Below, in pieces: positions 30,995 to 42,154 of a stretch of DNA of 64,000 bases; within the stretch, counting starts at the first letter, position 1; the number at the start of each line of letters is the position of its first letter. Under the pieces are notes generated by a model, which saw only the letters and a program-made list of their open reading frames with translations, was not told the DNA's origin and searched no databases. The position numbers were made by a program, and so were the translations under genes. The DNA is from Thermoanaerobaculum sp. (GTDB taxonomy: Bacteria; Acidobacteriota; Thermoanaerobaculia; Multivoradales; UBA5704): contig JAJKHS010000041.1 of the NCBI GenBank assembly GCA_021154885.1, positions 66,441 to 130,440 of the forward strand. Reading direction: 5' to 3'.

Positions 30995-33900
30995 GTGCGA
31001 TCCCGGATCCAGTCGGGCTCTTCGGTCTGCGAAGGGGGACGCGTGAACGCCAAGAAGACTCTGGTGGGTTGTCTGTTCCTCTGCCTCGGGCTGGCGGCTC
31101 GGAGCGATGCGCAGACGGTGACGCTCCAAGCGGTGGCCGACGCCTCGCTGCGCCAGGGCTCGGCGAACCAGAACCGCGGCGGCGATCCCACCCTGCAGCT
31201 CGCCGGGGACGGCCGTGTCCTCCTGCGCTTCGACCAGGCCGCCATCGCGGCGGCGGTCGGCTCCGGACGGCTGGTCTCCGCCTCCCTGGAGCTGTTCGTC
31301 CACTCGGCGAGCGGCAGTTGGGGCTCCGGCGGCCGGCCCATCGAGGCCCACCGCGCGACCGCGGACTGGACCGAAGCGGGGGTCACCTGGAACTGCGCGG
31401 TCGACACCAATCCCGCCAACGGCAAGCCCGACTGCGCCACCCGCTGGGACGGCGGCACCTTCGACGACGACGCCTCCGACTCGATCCTCGAGACCTCCGC
31501 CGACCACGTCTGGCTGCCCTTCGACGTCACGGCGGACGTCGCCACGTTCCTGACCGGGACGCCCAATCAGGGCTGGCTGATCGTGAAGGCGGACGACGAT
31601 CAGAGCGGCAAGGCGGACTACGGCTCCCGCGAGGGGATCGCGGCGGAGCGCCCCCGGCTGGTGCTGCTGGTGGAGAGCGCGGCGCACGATTCGGTGCCGC
31701 CGTCGCTCGCCATCACCTCGCCCGATCAGCCGATCCTGGTCAACCAGCCGGCGCCCACCGTGGTGGTGGAGTATGCGGACGGCGGCTCGGGCGTGGACCT
31801 CGCCACTCTTCAGGTGCTGGTCGACGGGCAGGACATCACCGCGAGCTGCGCCACTGGGCCGCAGTCGGCGACCTGCCATGCGCCCACCCTGGCGGCGGGC
31901 AGCCACGCCGTTCAGGCTCGTTTGAAGGACCGCGCCGGCAACGCCGCGCAGGCGAGCGCCGCCTTCCAGCTCCTGCTCGGCCCGGGACCCCACCTGGTGA
32001 CCTTCCAGACCGTGGGGGACACCTATATCCGAAAGGGCGACGCGAACAAGAACTTCGGCGCCGAGCCCATCCTGCGCCTGCGCCAGAGCGGGCAGAACCG
32101 CGCCCTGGTGCAGTTCGACTCGCAGAGCCTCGCCACGGCGCTGACCGGGGCGACGGTGGTTTCCGCCTCGCTCGAGCTGCACATCAAGAAGAACGGCCGC
32201 AACTGGGGGAAGACGGGGCGCACGATCGACGCCCACCGTCTGACCACCGCCTGGACGGAGACCGGGGCCACCTGGAATTGCGCGAACGACGCCAACCCGA
32301 CGAACGGCAGTCCGGATTGCGCCGCGCAGTGGGCCGGCGGCGGCTTCGCGGCGACCCCGACCGCCAGCGTGCTCCACACCCGCGACCTCGCGGGCTGGGT
32401 GCGCTACGACGTCACCGCCGACGTGGCCGCCTTCACCAGGGGCACCGCGGACTTCGGCTGGCTGCTCAAGAAGACGGAGGAGAACAAGAGCGGCCTGGTG
32501 GAGTACGACTCGCGGCAGGGAACGACGGGCAATGCGCCGCGGCTGGTGGTGGTGTTCACCACGCCGAGCGGCGGCGGGGACACCACGCTGCCGACGGTGG
32601 CGATCACCGCTCCCGCCGAGGGGAGCTTCGTCGCCAGCCCCACGCCCACCGTGGTGGCGACGTATTCGGACACCGGCTCGGGCGTCGATCCGGCGAGCGT
32701 CCGGCTCGTCGTCGACGGAGTGGACCGCACGGCCCAGGCGCAGGTGACGGTTTCGGGGCTCACCTTCACGCCGGCGGCGCCGCTGGCCGAGGGAGCTCAC
32801 ACGTCTCAGGTCACGGTCAAGGACCGGGCGGGCAATGCGGCGCAGGCGACGCGCGGGTTCACGACGGATACGGTGGCGCCGGTGGTCGGGCTCACCCTGC
32901 CCGCCTACGCGAAGGCCTTGCCGTTGGTGGTCAACGGGACGGTGTCCGACACGGATCCGGCCGTCCAGGTGGTGGTCAACGGCGCGCCGGCCACGGTGAC
33001 CGGGAGCACGTTCCAGGCCGCTCTCGTCCTGCTCGAGGGGGCGAACCCGGTTTCTGTGATCGCCATGGATCGCGCGGGCCACCAGGGGACGGCCTCCGGC
33101 TCGGTTATCCTCGACCAGCGGCCGCCTGCTCTCCGGCTCGAGACGCCGTCGCCGAACCAGGTGTTCAACCGTCCGGCGGCGCGGGTGGCCGGGACGGTCA
33201 GCGACGAAAACGGCATCGCGACGCTACAGGTGAATGGCGTGGCGGTTTCTCCGGCCGCCGACGGCGGTTTCGAGACCTCGGTCCCCCTGTCCGAGGGAGC
33301 GCAGACGATCACGGTCGCCGCCACCGACGTGGCGGGCAACCGCCGTGCTCTCGACGTTGCCGTAACGCGTCTCACCCTTCCGGAGGTGACCATCACTGCG
33401 CCGGCCGACCTCGGCACCCTCGCGGCCACCACGGTCATGGTGAGGGGTGCGGTGAGCAGCCCGGGGCTGGCGGTGGCTGTCAACGGTCTGCGGGCCACGG
33501 TCTCCGGAACCGACTTCTCGGTGGAGATCCCACTCGTCGAAGGGGGGAACATCATCACGGCGGTCGCCACGGCGGCGGATGGCAGGTCGGGGAGCGCCAC
33601 CATCAACGTGGTGCGCGACCTGACGCCTCCCCACCTCTCGATCGACCAGCCGCGCGCCGGCGCTTCAGTGCGCGCGGCGGCGGTCACCGTGGCGGGTCTG
33701 GTCAACGACATCGTCGCGGGGACCGTCAATGCGCCCCAAGCGCAGGTGAAGGTCAACGGCCGGCCGGCCCGGGTGGCCAACCGCTCGTTCCTGGTCGAAG
33801 GGGTGCCGCTGCAGGCCGGCGACAACACCTTGACCGCCGAGGCGGTGGACGCCAGCGGCAACGTCGCCCAGGTTTCCATCGTCGTGCGGCGCGAGACGGG

Positions 33901-36100
33901 CGCCTCGGCGCGCCTCGTCGCGGTGTCCGGCGACGGCCAGCAGGGGGTGATCGGCATGGCGCTGCCGGCACCGCTGGTGGCCGTAGCGCAGGATACGGCC
34001 GGACTGCCGGCGGTGGGCACGACCGTGGTGTTCGAGGTGCGGGGCAACGATGGTTCCCTCGATGGCGGCCGGCGGCGGCTGGCGGTTGTCACCGACTCCG
34101 CGGGCCGGGCAGCCGTCCACTTCACCCTCGGCACCCGTGCCGGAGTGGGCAATCAGGTGGTGGTGGCCTCGGCCGCCGGCTACGGCGAGCCGGTCGCCTT
34201 CCTCGCGTCGGCGCTGGCGGGCGAGCCGGCCGCCATCGTGGTGGACGCCGGCGACCAGCAGGTGGGAGTCGCCGGCCAGCCACTGCCTCGCCCGCTGATC
34301 GCTGTCGTCACCGACAGCGGGCACAACCGCCTGCCCGCCATCGCCGTGCATTTCTCGGTGGTCAACGGCGCCGGGCGTCTCCCCAACGGGCTCGACCAGA
34401 TGGTGATCGCCACCGATGGCGACGGCCGCGCCATCACGCCGTTCACCCTCGACCCTCAGGAGGGAGTCGCCAACAACACGGTGGTGGCACGCATCGAGGG
34501 ACTGCCCAACGGTCCGCTGGCGAGCTTCACCGCCTCGGGGCTGTCGGCCGGCGATCCGGCCCGGACCTCGATCAGCGGCATCGTGCTCGACAATCAGAAC
34601 GACCCGATCCCGGGAGTCACGATCCGCATTCTCGACACTTCGCTGACCGCGCAGACCGACGCGCGCGGCGCCTTCAGGATCAGCGGCGCGCCGGTGGGCA
34701 CGGTGCGCATGCTGGTGGACGGCTCGACGGCGGCGCGTCCCGGTTCGTGGCCTGACCTCGAGTACACCGTCACCACCATCCCCGGGCGCGACGTCACGGT
34801 GAACATGCCGATCTTCCTGCTGCCCCTCGATCTCGCCCACGGGCTGGCGGTCGACGAGACGCACGGCGGCACCCTCACCCTGCCGGACCTGCCGGGTTTC
34901 GCGCTGGTGATCGCTCCAGGCTCGGTGACCTTCCCCGGCGGCAGCCGCTCAGGGGTGGTGAGCGTGACCGCCGTGCACTCCGACAAGGTACCCATGGTGC
35001 CCAACTTCGGCCAGCAGCCGCGGTTCATCGTCACCATCCAGCCGGCCGGCGCCCGCTTCGAGCCCCCGGCACGGCTCTCGCTTCCCAACGTCGAGGGGCT
35101 GGCGCCGGGCCAGGTGACGGAGATGTATTCGTTCGATCACGACCTCGGCCATTTCGTGAGCATCGGCCCGGCCACGGTGAGCGATGACGGCTCCACCATG
35201 GTGGCCAATCCGGGGGTCGGGATCGTCAAGGCCGGCTGGCACTGCGGCGGCAGCTCGTCGAGCTCGGGGACGCCCCATCACTGCGCGGATTGCCAGAAAT
35301 GCGAGAACGACTGCTGCGTTCCCGACCCGGCCAAGAACAACCAGGGCTGTGACGACAAGGACAAGTGCACGGTCGACGACAAGTGCAACAACGGCAACTG
35401 CAAGGGCCAAACGGTGAAAGTGACGATCACCAGGGCGCCGTCCTTCATCTGTGCCGGCAACAGCAAGCCGGTCGCGGCGACGATCACGCCGGCCAGCCGG
35501 ACCATCACCTGGAAGAGCCTGCAGCCAGCGAACCTCACCGTCTCCGGCGGCACCTCGGGGACGGCCACCGGAGTGAAGAAGGGGTCGGCCACGATCCAGG
35601 CGAGCGACTCGCAGACCGACTGCAATCAGGATTCCCGTTCGATCCGGGTGGTGGACATGAGCGACTTCAACGGCATGTTCGGCGAGAAGAGCTGGTGCGT
35701 GGCCAGCCTCGGGAACCCGCTGGCCGTCGCCGCCTGTGCGCGGGCGCGGCAGATCGCCGGCCAGGTCGTCGCCTGGCAACTGAGAACGTTCCACGGGGCT
35801 TGCGCGAAAATCAACGGCGACCCTGAGGGAACGATGGCGGACGCGGGCCGGCACGCCTACCTGTCCTGCGCCCTGCACAGCGACAGTTTGACGTCGCTCT
35901 ATGCGGACACGATCCTCAACCTGCACGAGCAGGATGCGTCGCAGGACTGCCTGAGCCACGAGCAGGACGTCAACAACAACGAGGTCGGCAAGTCGAACGC
36001 GTCATCCGGGGTCGACTGCGCGCAGGCGGCGCTCCAGTCGCTCGCCGCTGGCCGCCTGCAAATCAACAATCCGCCGCCGGCGGGGACCTCATGCCCATGA
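30995..36100 (+). CDS. Giant secreted multidomain protein (1701 aa)
   Basis: A GTG at 31042 gives a signal peptide VNAKKTLVGCLFLCLGLAARSDA. Two tandem N-terminal DNRLRE-like modules of about 200 aa each end in ...WTEAGVTWNC and ...WTETGATWNC. They are followed by at least eight bacterial Ig-like domains, a carboxypeptidase-regulatory-like domain, a Cys-rich linker and an unassigned C-terminal domain of about 230 aa. Confidence 0.8.
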   Translation: MRSRIQSGSSVCEGGRVNAKKTLVGCLFLCLGLAARSDAQTVTLQAVADASLRQGSANQNRGGDPTLQLAGDGRVLLRFDQAAIAAAVGSGRLVSASLELFVHSASGSWGSGGRPIEAHRATADWTEAGVTWNCAVDTNPANGKPDCATRWDGGTFDDDASDSILETSADHVWLPFDVTADVATFLTGTPNQGWLIVKADDDQSGKADYGSREGIAAERPRLVLLVESAAHDSVPPSLAITSPDQPILVNQPAPTVVVEYADGGSGVDLATLQVLVDGQDITASCATGPQSATCHAPTLAAGSHAVQARLKDRAGNAAQASAAFQLLLGPGPHLVTFQTVGDTYIRKGDANKNFGAEPILRLRQSGQNRALVQFDSQSLATALTGATVVSASLELHIKKNGRNWGKTGRTIDAHRLTTAWTETGATWNCANDANPTNGSPDCAAQWAGGGFAATPTASVLHTRDLAGWVRYDVTADVAAFTRGTADFGWLLKKTEENKSGLVEYDSRQGTTGNAPRLVVVFTTPSGGGDTTLPTVAITAPAEGSFVASPTPTVVATYSDTGSGVDPASVRLVVDGVDRTAQAQVTVSGLTFTPAAPLAEGAHTSQVTVKDRAGNAAQATRGFTTDTVAPVVGLTLPAYAKALPLVVNGTVSDTDPAVQVVVNGAPATVTGSTFQAALVLLEGANPVSVIAMDRAGHQGTASGSVILDQRPPALRLETPSPNQVFNRPAARVAGTVSDENGIATLQVNGVAVSPAADGGFETSVPLSEGAQTITVAATDVAGNRRALDVAVTRLTLPEVTITAPADLGTLAATTVMVRGAVSSPGLAVAVNGLRATVSGTDFSVEIPLVEGGNIITAVATAADGRSGSATINVVRDLTPPHLSIDQPRAGASVRAAAVTVAGLVNDIVAGTVNAPQAQVKVNGRPARVANRSFLVEGVPLQAGDNTLTAEAVDASGNVAQVSIVVRRETGASARLVAVSGDGQQGVIGMALPAPLVAVAQDTAGLPAVGTTVVFEVRGNDGSLDGGRRRLAVVTDSAGRAAVHFTLGTRAGVGNQVVVASAAGYGEPVAFLASALAGEPAAIVVDAGDQQVGVAGQPLPRPLIAVVTDSGHNRLPAIAVHFSVVNGAGRLPNGLDQMVIATDGDGRAITPFTLDPQEGVANNTVVARIEGLPNGPLASFTASGLSAGDPARTSISGIVLDNQNDPIPGVTIRILDTSLTAQTDARGAFRISGAPVGTVRMLVDGSTAARPGSWPDLEYTVTTIPGRDVTVNMPIFLLPLDLAHGLAVDETHGGTLTLPDLPGFALVIAPGSVTFPGGSRSGVVSVTAVHSDKVPMVPNFGQQPRFIVTIQPAGARFEPPARLSLPNVEGLAPGQVTEMYSFDHDLGHFVSIGPATVSDDGSTMVANPGVGIVKAGWHCGGSSSSSGTPHHCADCQKCENDCCVPDPAKNNQGCDDKDKCTVDDKCNNGNCKGQTVKVTITRAPSFICAGNSKPVAATITPASRTITWKSLQPANLTVSGGTSGTATGVKKGSATIQASDSQTDCNQDSRSIRVVDMSDFNGMFGEKSWCVASLGNPLAVAACARARQIAGQVVAWQLRTFHGACAKINGDPEGTMADAGRHAYLSCALHSDSLTSLYADTILNLHEQDASQDCLSHEQDVNNNEVGKSNASSGVDCAQAALQSLAAGRLQINNPPPAGTSCP

Positions 36101-36834
36101 GAGCCGCGAGATCCAACTCGGGAGCTTCCGCCGGCTTTTGGCTCGCCGCCATGATGGTGATGCTTCTGTCGGCCACGGCCATCGATTGCGCCGACCCGCA
36201 GACGCCGTCCGCCGATCCCATGCCCACGATGCTGCGGGGACTGCGGATCGGAATGTCCGAGCAGGAGCTCCGGACGGCTCGGCCAGCGGCTGAGAAGTTC
36301 GTGTTCCTCGAGGAGCGGGAGTCCGAGAAGAAAGATCCCAATCCCCTCTACGTCGAGAGCTTCTCCGGATCGCTATTCTTCGACACGGGCATGTACCTGT
36401 TCTGTCAGCACAAGCTGTGCGAGGTGTCGCTGACCGCCATCGGATCGGGGGATCGGTTCGCCGACCGCCAGGCCAAGGTGTTGCAGGGAGCCCTGCGCAA
36501 GTGGGGGCAGAACCCGGAGCGCTTCCTCAACCTGGGTGCAGGAAGCCTGGACCCGGCCGGGCAGATGTCGCTGGAGCATTCGAAGGTCGAGCCGCGCAAG
36601 CGGGGCGCCCTGCTCTGGACGCTCGGCAGCCTCAAGGTGGCCGCCACGTTCGCGCCGGACGAGGGGAAGCGCGAACGGCCCGCCGAGCTCGGCGTCACCA
36701 TCGCCGCCCCGCAGCTCCTGCCCAAGGATCAGCACCGGATCTTCTTCGAATCGCTGGCGCCGGTGCGGTCCGCGTCGGACGCCCGGCTCTTCGCTCTGCT
36801 GGAACGGCGGGCCGAGCCTCCTCTCTTCGATTGA
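36091..36834 (+). CDS. Small secreted hypothetical protein (247 aa) overlapping the 3' end of the upstream giant gene
   Basis: It overlaps the upstream stop by 10 nt. A hydrophobic N-terminal segment FWLAAMMVMLLSATAIDC is present. No known domain is recognised. Confidence 0.5.
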   Translation: MPMRAARSNSGASAGFWLAAMMVMLLSATAIDCADPQTPSADPMPTMLRGLRIGMSEQELRTARPAAEKFVFLEERESEKKDPNPLYVESFSGSLFFDTGMYLFCQHKLCEVSLTAIGSGDRFADRQAKVLQGALRKWGQNPERFLNLGAGSLDPAGQMSLEHSKVEPRKRGALLWTLGSLKVAATFAPDEGKRERPAELGVTIAAPQLLPKDQHRIFFESLAPVRSASDARLFALLERRAEPPLFD

Positions 36835-36846
36835 GCCCGAGGAACC

Positions 36847-39800
36847 ATGGCCATGGGAAAGGCAATTTGGATCTGGATCGCGCTGCTGGCCGGCACCCTG
36901 CCCCTGGGGGCGCAGACGCCGACATCGCTGGAGCTGCGCTCGCCGAAGAGCACCCTGGCGCCGGGGGAGGTCGTACAGCTCCGGCTCATCGCCACCCTCT
37001 CGAACGGCAGTCAGCAGGACGTCACGACCGCCCCCGGCGTCTCCTACTCCGCGTCCTTCCTGGGCGAGGAAAATCCGTTGCTCTCCGTGGACGATGCCGG
37101 CAGAGTCACTGCCGAGGCCCCGGGCTCACAGGTTGTCTACGGGTTCTATCAGGACCTCTTCGCCGGGATCGTGCTCTCGGTGATCAGCGGCGTGGATTCC
37201 GACGGCGACGGCATGCCGGACGCCTGGGAGCTCCAGTACGGACTGAATCCTGCCGACCCGAGCGACGCCGCCTCCGACGCGGACGGCGACCACCTCTCCG
37301 CGCTGGCTGAATTCCGCGCCGGGACCGACCCCCGCAACCCCGACACCGACGGTGATGGCATCCCGGACGGGGAGGAGGTACAGGCCGGTCTCCAGCCGCT
37401 GAAAGCCGACACGGACGGCGACGGCCTGAGCGACGGCGAGGAGAGACGGATCGGCACCGATCCGTCCAGGCTGGACACCGACGGCGACGGCATCGCCGAC
37501 GGCGACGAGGTCGCGGCGGGCACCGATCCGCTGACCCCGCAGCCGCCGGTCGATGGCCGGGAGATTCTGGCGCTCGATGAGCACTGCATGGTGAGCGTGC
37601 TCAATCGCACGGCCAAGGTCCAGCCAGGCGGCGGGTGGGTGTTGCCCAACGTGCCGGCCAACCAGGGGCCGGTGCGGGTGCGGGCCACTTGCGTCGAGGA
37701 TGGCGTCACCCGCTCCGGCCAGTCCGACCTGATCGACGTTCCCCCCAACGGTATCCTGCGGGTGGCGGAGATCCGCTTCCAGGATCCCACGCCGATCCCG
37801 GCGAGCCTGGCGCTGACCGCGCCACAGACGCAGCTCACCGGGGTGGGACAGACGGTCCAACTGGCGGTACGCGCCGCGTTCGCGGGCGGCGCCACCGTCG
37901 ACGTCACCGCTGGCTCACGCGGCACCAGCTACCGGTCCAGCAATCCGGCCATCGCCAGCGTCGATGCCGGCGGCCTGATCACCGCCCGGTTGAGCGGCGT
38001 CGTGCTGGTGAGCGCTCTCAACGAGGGGGCGCTCGGCGTCGTCCGCGTGCAGGTCCTCGCTGCCGCGGACAGCGACGGCGACGGCCTGCCCGACGACTAT
38101 GAGATCGCCCACGGTCTCGATCCCAACGACCCGGCCGACGCGCTCAAGGACCACGACGGCGACGGCCTGTCGACCCTCGATGAGTTCCGTGGCGGGCTCG
38201 ATCCTTTCAACGCGGACACCGACGGCGACGGCTTGCTCGACGGCGACGAGCTCAACCGCTACCACACCAATCCGCTGCTCCGCGACACGGACGGCGACGG
38301 GATCTCCGACGGCCTGGAGATCCAGAGCGGCAGCGATCCGCTCGATCCCGCGAGCTTCAACCTGGCACCGATCGTCCAGAGCCTGACGGTGCAGCCGGCG
38401 ACGCTCAACATTACCTTCAACACGGCGTTGGGGGAGGCCTCGCAGCGGCTGGACGTCAAGGCGCGGCTGATCGACGGCACGGTGCTCGACGTGCGCCGCC
38501 GCCGCTACGGCACCAGCTACAGCTCCAGCGATCTCACGGTGGCTAACTTCAGTGGTGAGGACGGCGTGGTCTTCGCCGGCCAGGACGGTACGGCCATCGT
38601 CACCGTCAGCCTCGGCAGCCGCTCGGCCACCGTGCAGGTGGTGGTGACGAGCTTTTCGCCGCAGCCTCTCTCGTTCCTGCCCCTGCCGGGCTTCGCCAAC
38701 GGCGTGGACGTCGCCAGCCCGTACGCCTACGTGGCGTCGGGCCGCGCCGGCCTGGTGGTGGTCGACGCCTCCAACCCGCAGGCGCCGTTCGTCGCCGCGA
38801 CGCTGGCGCTGCCCGGCAACGCCAATGCCGTGAAGGTGGCGGGGGGCTATGCCCACGTGGCCGCCGGCTCGGCCGGCCTGGTGATCGTCGACGTGCGCAA
38901 CCCCAGGTCGCCGGCTGTCGCCGGCCGCATCGACACGCCCGGCGATGCCACCGACCTCGTCCTCCGGGACGGGCGCGCCTATGTCGCCGACGGCGCGAGC
39001 GGCCTGTTCATCGCCGACGTCAGCAATCCCGCGGCCCCCCTGCGGCTGGGCTCGATTCCCACGGCGGGCACCGCCCGCGGCGTCGACACCGATGGGCGCC
39101 TGACCGTAGTGGCGGAGGACTTCGCCGGGTTGGAGGTGATCGACGTCAGCGATCCGGCGGCGCCGTTCCTCCTGGGCTCGACGGCCACCCGGCCGGACGG
39201 CAGCTCCCATGCCGCCGCCGTCGTGCTGCGCGGCCACTATGCCTACGTGGCCGACGGCGCCAGCTTCAACCTCGGCGGGCTGCGCACAGTCGACCTCTCG
39301 GAGCCGGGCACGCCGGTGGTGGTGGGCGCGAGCAGCGACTCTTTCTCTCTGACCTCCCTGGTGTTGGACGGCCCCATCGCCCTCGCCGCGGACGTTTTCT
39401 TCGTCAACGCCGTTCCCATCTTCAACGTCGGCGGCACCACGCCCGCTTTCTCGGCGGAGGTGGACTTCTCCCAAGCCCCGAGCTTCCGCGACGACAACGG
39501 CAACGGCGTCGCCATCGACAACGCCGGGCTGGTCTTCATGGTGGGCGCCCGCGGGCAGATCACCGACAACGGAACCTTCGGCGATACGGGGCTCCACATC
39601 GGCCGCTACAAGATCCTGCAGGACTTGGCCGGCATTCCGCCGGAGGTGAGCCTCACGGCGCCGGCGGACGGCTCGTCGGCCCCCGAGCGCAACCCGCTCC
39701 TGGTGCGCGCCAGCGCCACGGACGACGTCCAGGTGGCCTCCGTCCGCTTCCTGATCGACGGCGTCAGCGTGGCCGAGGTCTTCAAGGCTCCCTACTTGGC

Positions 39801-42135
39801 CACCGTGCGGGTGCCGGCGGGAGTGCCGTCGTTCAAGCTGACCGCGGTGGCCACCGATCTCGGCGGCAATCAGAGCGAATCCGCTCCGGTCGTCGTGACC
39901 GTCATCCCGGACGACAAGCCCCAGGTGTCGTTCCTGGCGCCGGTGGCCGGGGCCCGGTTCATCGAGGGCGCGCCGGCGGAGATGGCGGCGACGGCGAGCG
40001 ACGACGTGCAGGTCGACTCCGTCGAGCTGCTGGTCGACGGCGTCTCGCAGGGCGTCTTCGGGCCACCCTACCGGACGACCTTCAGCGTGCCGGTGGGCGT
40101 CACCCAGACGACGCTGACGGCCGTGGCCACCGACAGCGCGGGCCAGACGGCGACGGCGACGCTGGTGGTGGGGATCGATCCCGATCAGCCGCCCACGGTG
40201 GCCGTGCTGTCTCCCACCGCCGGAGCCAACGTGATCGAGGGGAGCCGGCTGGAGGTGGCGGTGGGCGCCATCGACGACGTCGGCATCGATCATGTCCACC
40301 TGGACGCCGACGGCCAGCCGGTGGGCGATGCCTTCGGGGCTCCCTACCTCTTCTCGCTCCGGGCGCCGGCCGGCGCTCCGGAGCTGCGGCTGACCGCCAC
40401 CGCTCAGGACACGCTGGGACACACGGCGACCGCTGAGATCGTCGTGAACGTCATTCCCGATCCGCTCACCACAGCGGTGGGCCGGGTCGTCGACTCGAGC
40501 GGCGTGGCGGTGGCCGGCGCCGCGGTCGACTGCCTGGGCGTGTCGGGAACCACTGACGCCGCGGGGGCGTTCTCGGTGCCCGGAGTCCCCACCGTCTCGG
40601 CCGTCTTCTGCGAAGCGCAGGCGGCCAGGGCCGGCGGCGTGCTCGCGGGCAACTCGGCCGCCGTGCCGCCGCTACCGGGCGGCACGACCGCGGTCGGGGA
40701 CATCGTGATCTCGTTGCACCTGCTCTACCTTGGCTCCGGCGGCGGTAGCCAGAGAAGCCCGGGCCGGCTGCTGGTTCTGGATGACACGGGAGCCGGCCGC
40801 CTCATCGACTGGAGCCGGCCCGTTCTTCCCGTGGGGCTCTCCGGGCTCACCTTCGACGGCGACGGGACGCTCTGGGCCTCGACTCAGCCGGAGATTCCAA
40901 TCCCCCAACTCGTCGCCCGGAGCCGCGCCAAGTCCGCCAACCTCGGCGTGCAGCAGGGCACGAGCCAGCTCCTGCGCTTCGATCCTGAGACCGGCGCCGT
41001 CCTCGCCACCCTCGGGCCGTTCCTCCTGGAGAACGAGGAGATCCCGATCGGGCTTCAGGACCTCACGTTCGCCCCGGCCACGGGCACCCTCTATGCCTTG
41101 AGCGCCGGCTTCGTGGACCGGAAAATCGTCGCCCTCGACCTCTCGACGCAGGTGGCGCGGGTCCTCAACCCGAGCCTGCCGTTCGAAGCCTCCGGCCTGG
41201 CCGTGGGGCCAGACGGCCAGCTCTATCTGTTCATCTCGGGATTCACGAACGAGCTGTGGACCGTCGATCCGGCGACCGGCGCGATTGTCGACCAGCAGTC
41301 CTTGACCGGCACCGTGGGAGCCTCGGCCGGGGGCGGCGAGCTCGGCGGCATGACGCTCAAGCCGGGTACTCGCACGTTCGTGCTGACCTCGCCTGCCGAC
41401 GGCAGGGCCCTCTACGAGCTCGACCTCGGGACACTGGCAATCACCGAAGTCTCCAACCCCGCGGGCGACCTCGCCGGCGCCGGTCTCCGGGCCCTGGCTT
41501 TCCGGCCGCTGGGCAGCGCGGCGGGCACGGTGACGACCGTGCGCGGTCTGGTGGTCGATCCCGATGGGCAGCCGGTGGCGGCAGCGGACGTGGTCTCGCT
41601 GGGAGCCGCCACCACCACCGGAGCCGATGGCCGCTTCGAGATGCCCGGCCTCACGGTGCGCACCGGCCGCGTGCGGGTGGAGGTGAGCCTGCCCAGCTCT
41701 TCGCCGTCGCCTCTCGCCGGTTCGAGCGTCCTGACTCCTGGCGTGCCGCCGGTCGCGGGCGGCGTCACCGACCTCGGCACGATCATCCTCGGCGCCCCGG
41801 TCTGCGTTACCGGCTTCTTCCACGCGAACCGCTGCGTCCAGGGTCCGGTCGGCGGCACCTTCGACCTCTATCAGGAGGACCGCACGGGCCAGCTCTCGCT
41901 CGTCGATCACGTGCTGACCGACCCCACCGGCCGCTTCTGCGCGATGCTGCGGCGCAACTTCTTCTATGTCGCACGCCGCGAGGACGTCGCGTGTTCCTGC
42001 GGCACGGTCTCGTCCTGCCACGCCTTCCTCGCCGTGACGGACCCGGAAGCCTCGGGTGCTTGCGGCGATCCGGCCGCCGCGTGCCAGGACCTGGGAACCC
42101 TCAACCTCAACTGCGACTTTTTCTGCGGCTCGTAG
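36847..42135 (+). CDS. Giant secreted protein (1762 aa) with TSP3 calcium-binding repeats, LVIVD repeats, multiple Ig-like domains and a Cys-rich C-terminus
   Basis: The signal peptide is [25 protein letters not shown] Big_2 domain follows. Repeated DxDGDGxxD (TSP3) motifs occur twice (37.2-37.5 kb and 38.1-38.3 kb). [12 protein letters not shown] and [12 protein letters not shown] motifs (LVIVD repeats) are present. Confidence 0.8.
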   Translation: MAMGKAIWIWIALLAGTLPLGAQTPTSLELRSPKSTLAPGEVVQLRLIATLSNGSQQDVTTAPGVSYSASFLGEENPLLSVDDAGRVTAEAPGSQVVYGFYQDLFAGIVLSVISGVDSDGDGMPDAWELQYGLNPADPSDAASDADGDHLSALAEFRAGTDPRNPDTDGDGIPDGEEVQAGLQPLKADTDGDGLSDGEERRIGTDPSRLDTDGDGIADGDEVAAGTDPLTPQPPVDGREILALDEHCMVSVLNRTAKVQPGGGWVLPNVPANQGPVRVRATCVEDGVTRSGQSDLIDVPPNGILRVAEIRFQDPTPIPASLALTAPQTQLTGVGQTVQLAVRAAFAGGATVDVTAGSRGTSYRSSNPAIASVDAGGLITARLSGVVLVSALNEGALGVVRVQVLAAADSDGDGLPDDYEIAHGLDPNDPADALKDHDGDGLSTLDEFRGGLDPFNADTDGDGLLDGDELNRYHTNPLLRDTDGDGISDGLEIQSGSDPLDPASFNLAPIVQSLTVQPATLNITFNTALGEASQRLDVKARLIDGTVLDVRRRRYGTSYSSSDLTVANFSGEDGVVFAGQDGTAIVTVSLGSRSATVQVVVTSFSPQPLSFLPLPGFANGVDVASPYAYVASGRAGLVVVDASNPQAPFVAATLALPGNANAVKVAGGYAHVAAGSAGLVIVDVRNPRSPAVAGRIDTPGDATDLVLRDGRAYVADGASGLFIADVSNPAAPLRLGSIPTAGTARGVDTDGRLTVVAEDFAGLEVIDVSDPAAPFLLGSTATRPDGSSHAAAVVLRGHYAYVADGASFNLGGLRTVDLSEPGTPVVVGASSDSFSLTSLVLDGPIALAADVFFVNAVPIFNVGGTTPAFSAEVDFSQAPSFRDDNGNGVAIDNAGLVFMVGARGQITDNGTFGDTGLHIGRYKILQDLAGIPPEVSLTAPADGSSAPERNPLLVRASATDDVQVASVRFLIDGVSVAEVFKAPYLATVRVPAGVPSFKLTAVATDLGGNQSESAPVVVTVIPDDKPQVSFLAPVAGARFIEGAPAEMAATASDDVQVDSVELLVDGVSQGVFGPPYRTTFSVPVGVTQTTLTAVATDSAGQTATATLVVGIDPDQPPTVAVLSPTAGANVIEGSRLEVAVGAIDDVGIDHVHLDADGQPVGDAFGAPYLFSLRAPAGAPELRLTATAQDTLGHTATAEIVVNVIPDPLTTAVGRVVDSSGVAVAGAAVDCLGVSGTTDAAGAFSVPGVPTVSAVFCEAQAARAGGVLAGNSAAVPPLPGGTTAVGDIVISLHLLYLGSGGGSQRSPGRLLVLDDTGAGRLIDWSRPVLPVGLSGLTFDGDGTLWASTQPEIPIPQLVARSRAKSANLGVQQGTSQLLRFDPETGAVLATLGPFLLENEEIPIGLQDLTFAPATGTLYALSAGFVDRKIVALDLSTQVARVLNPSLPFEASGLAVGPDGQLYLFISGFTNELWTVDPATGAIVDQQSLTGTVGASAGGGELGGMTLKPGTRTFVLTSPADGRALYELDLGTLAITEVSNPAGDLAGAGLRALAFRPLGSAAGTVTTVRGLVVDPDGQPVAAADVVSLGAATTTGADGRFEMPGLTVRTGRVRVEVSLPSSSPSPLAGSSVLTPGVPPVAGGVTDLGTIILGAPVCVTGFFHANRCVQGPVGGTFDLYQEDRTGQLSLVDHVLTDPTGRFCAMLRRNFFYVARREDVACSCGTVSSCHAFLAVTDPEASGACGDPAAACQDLGTLNLNCDFFCGS

Positions 42136-42154
42136 CCTCTGACCGGACCCCACC

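Noticed and set aside
30983-34755. 1228-aa plus-strand ORF in an alternate frame and a 699-aa minus-strand ORF
   Set aside because: Both overlap the 1701-aa secreted protein gene, whose frame carries the signal peptide and repeated domain motifs. The alternates are Arg/Gly/Pro-rich nonsense.
37915-40422. 835-aa minus-strand ORF
   Set aside because: It is antisense to the 1762-aa secreted protein gene.
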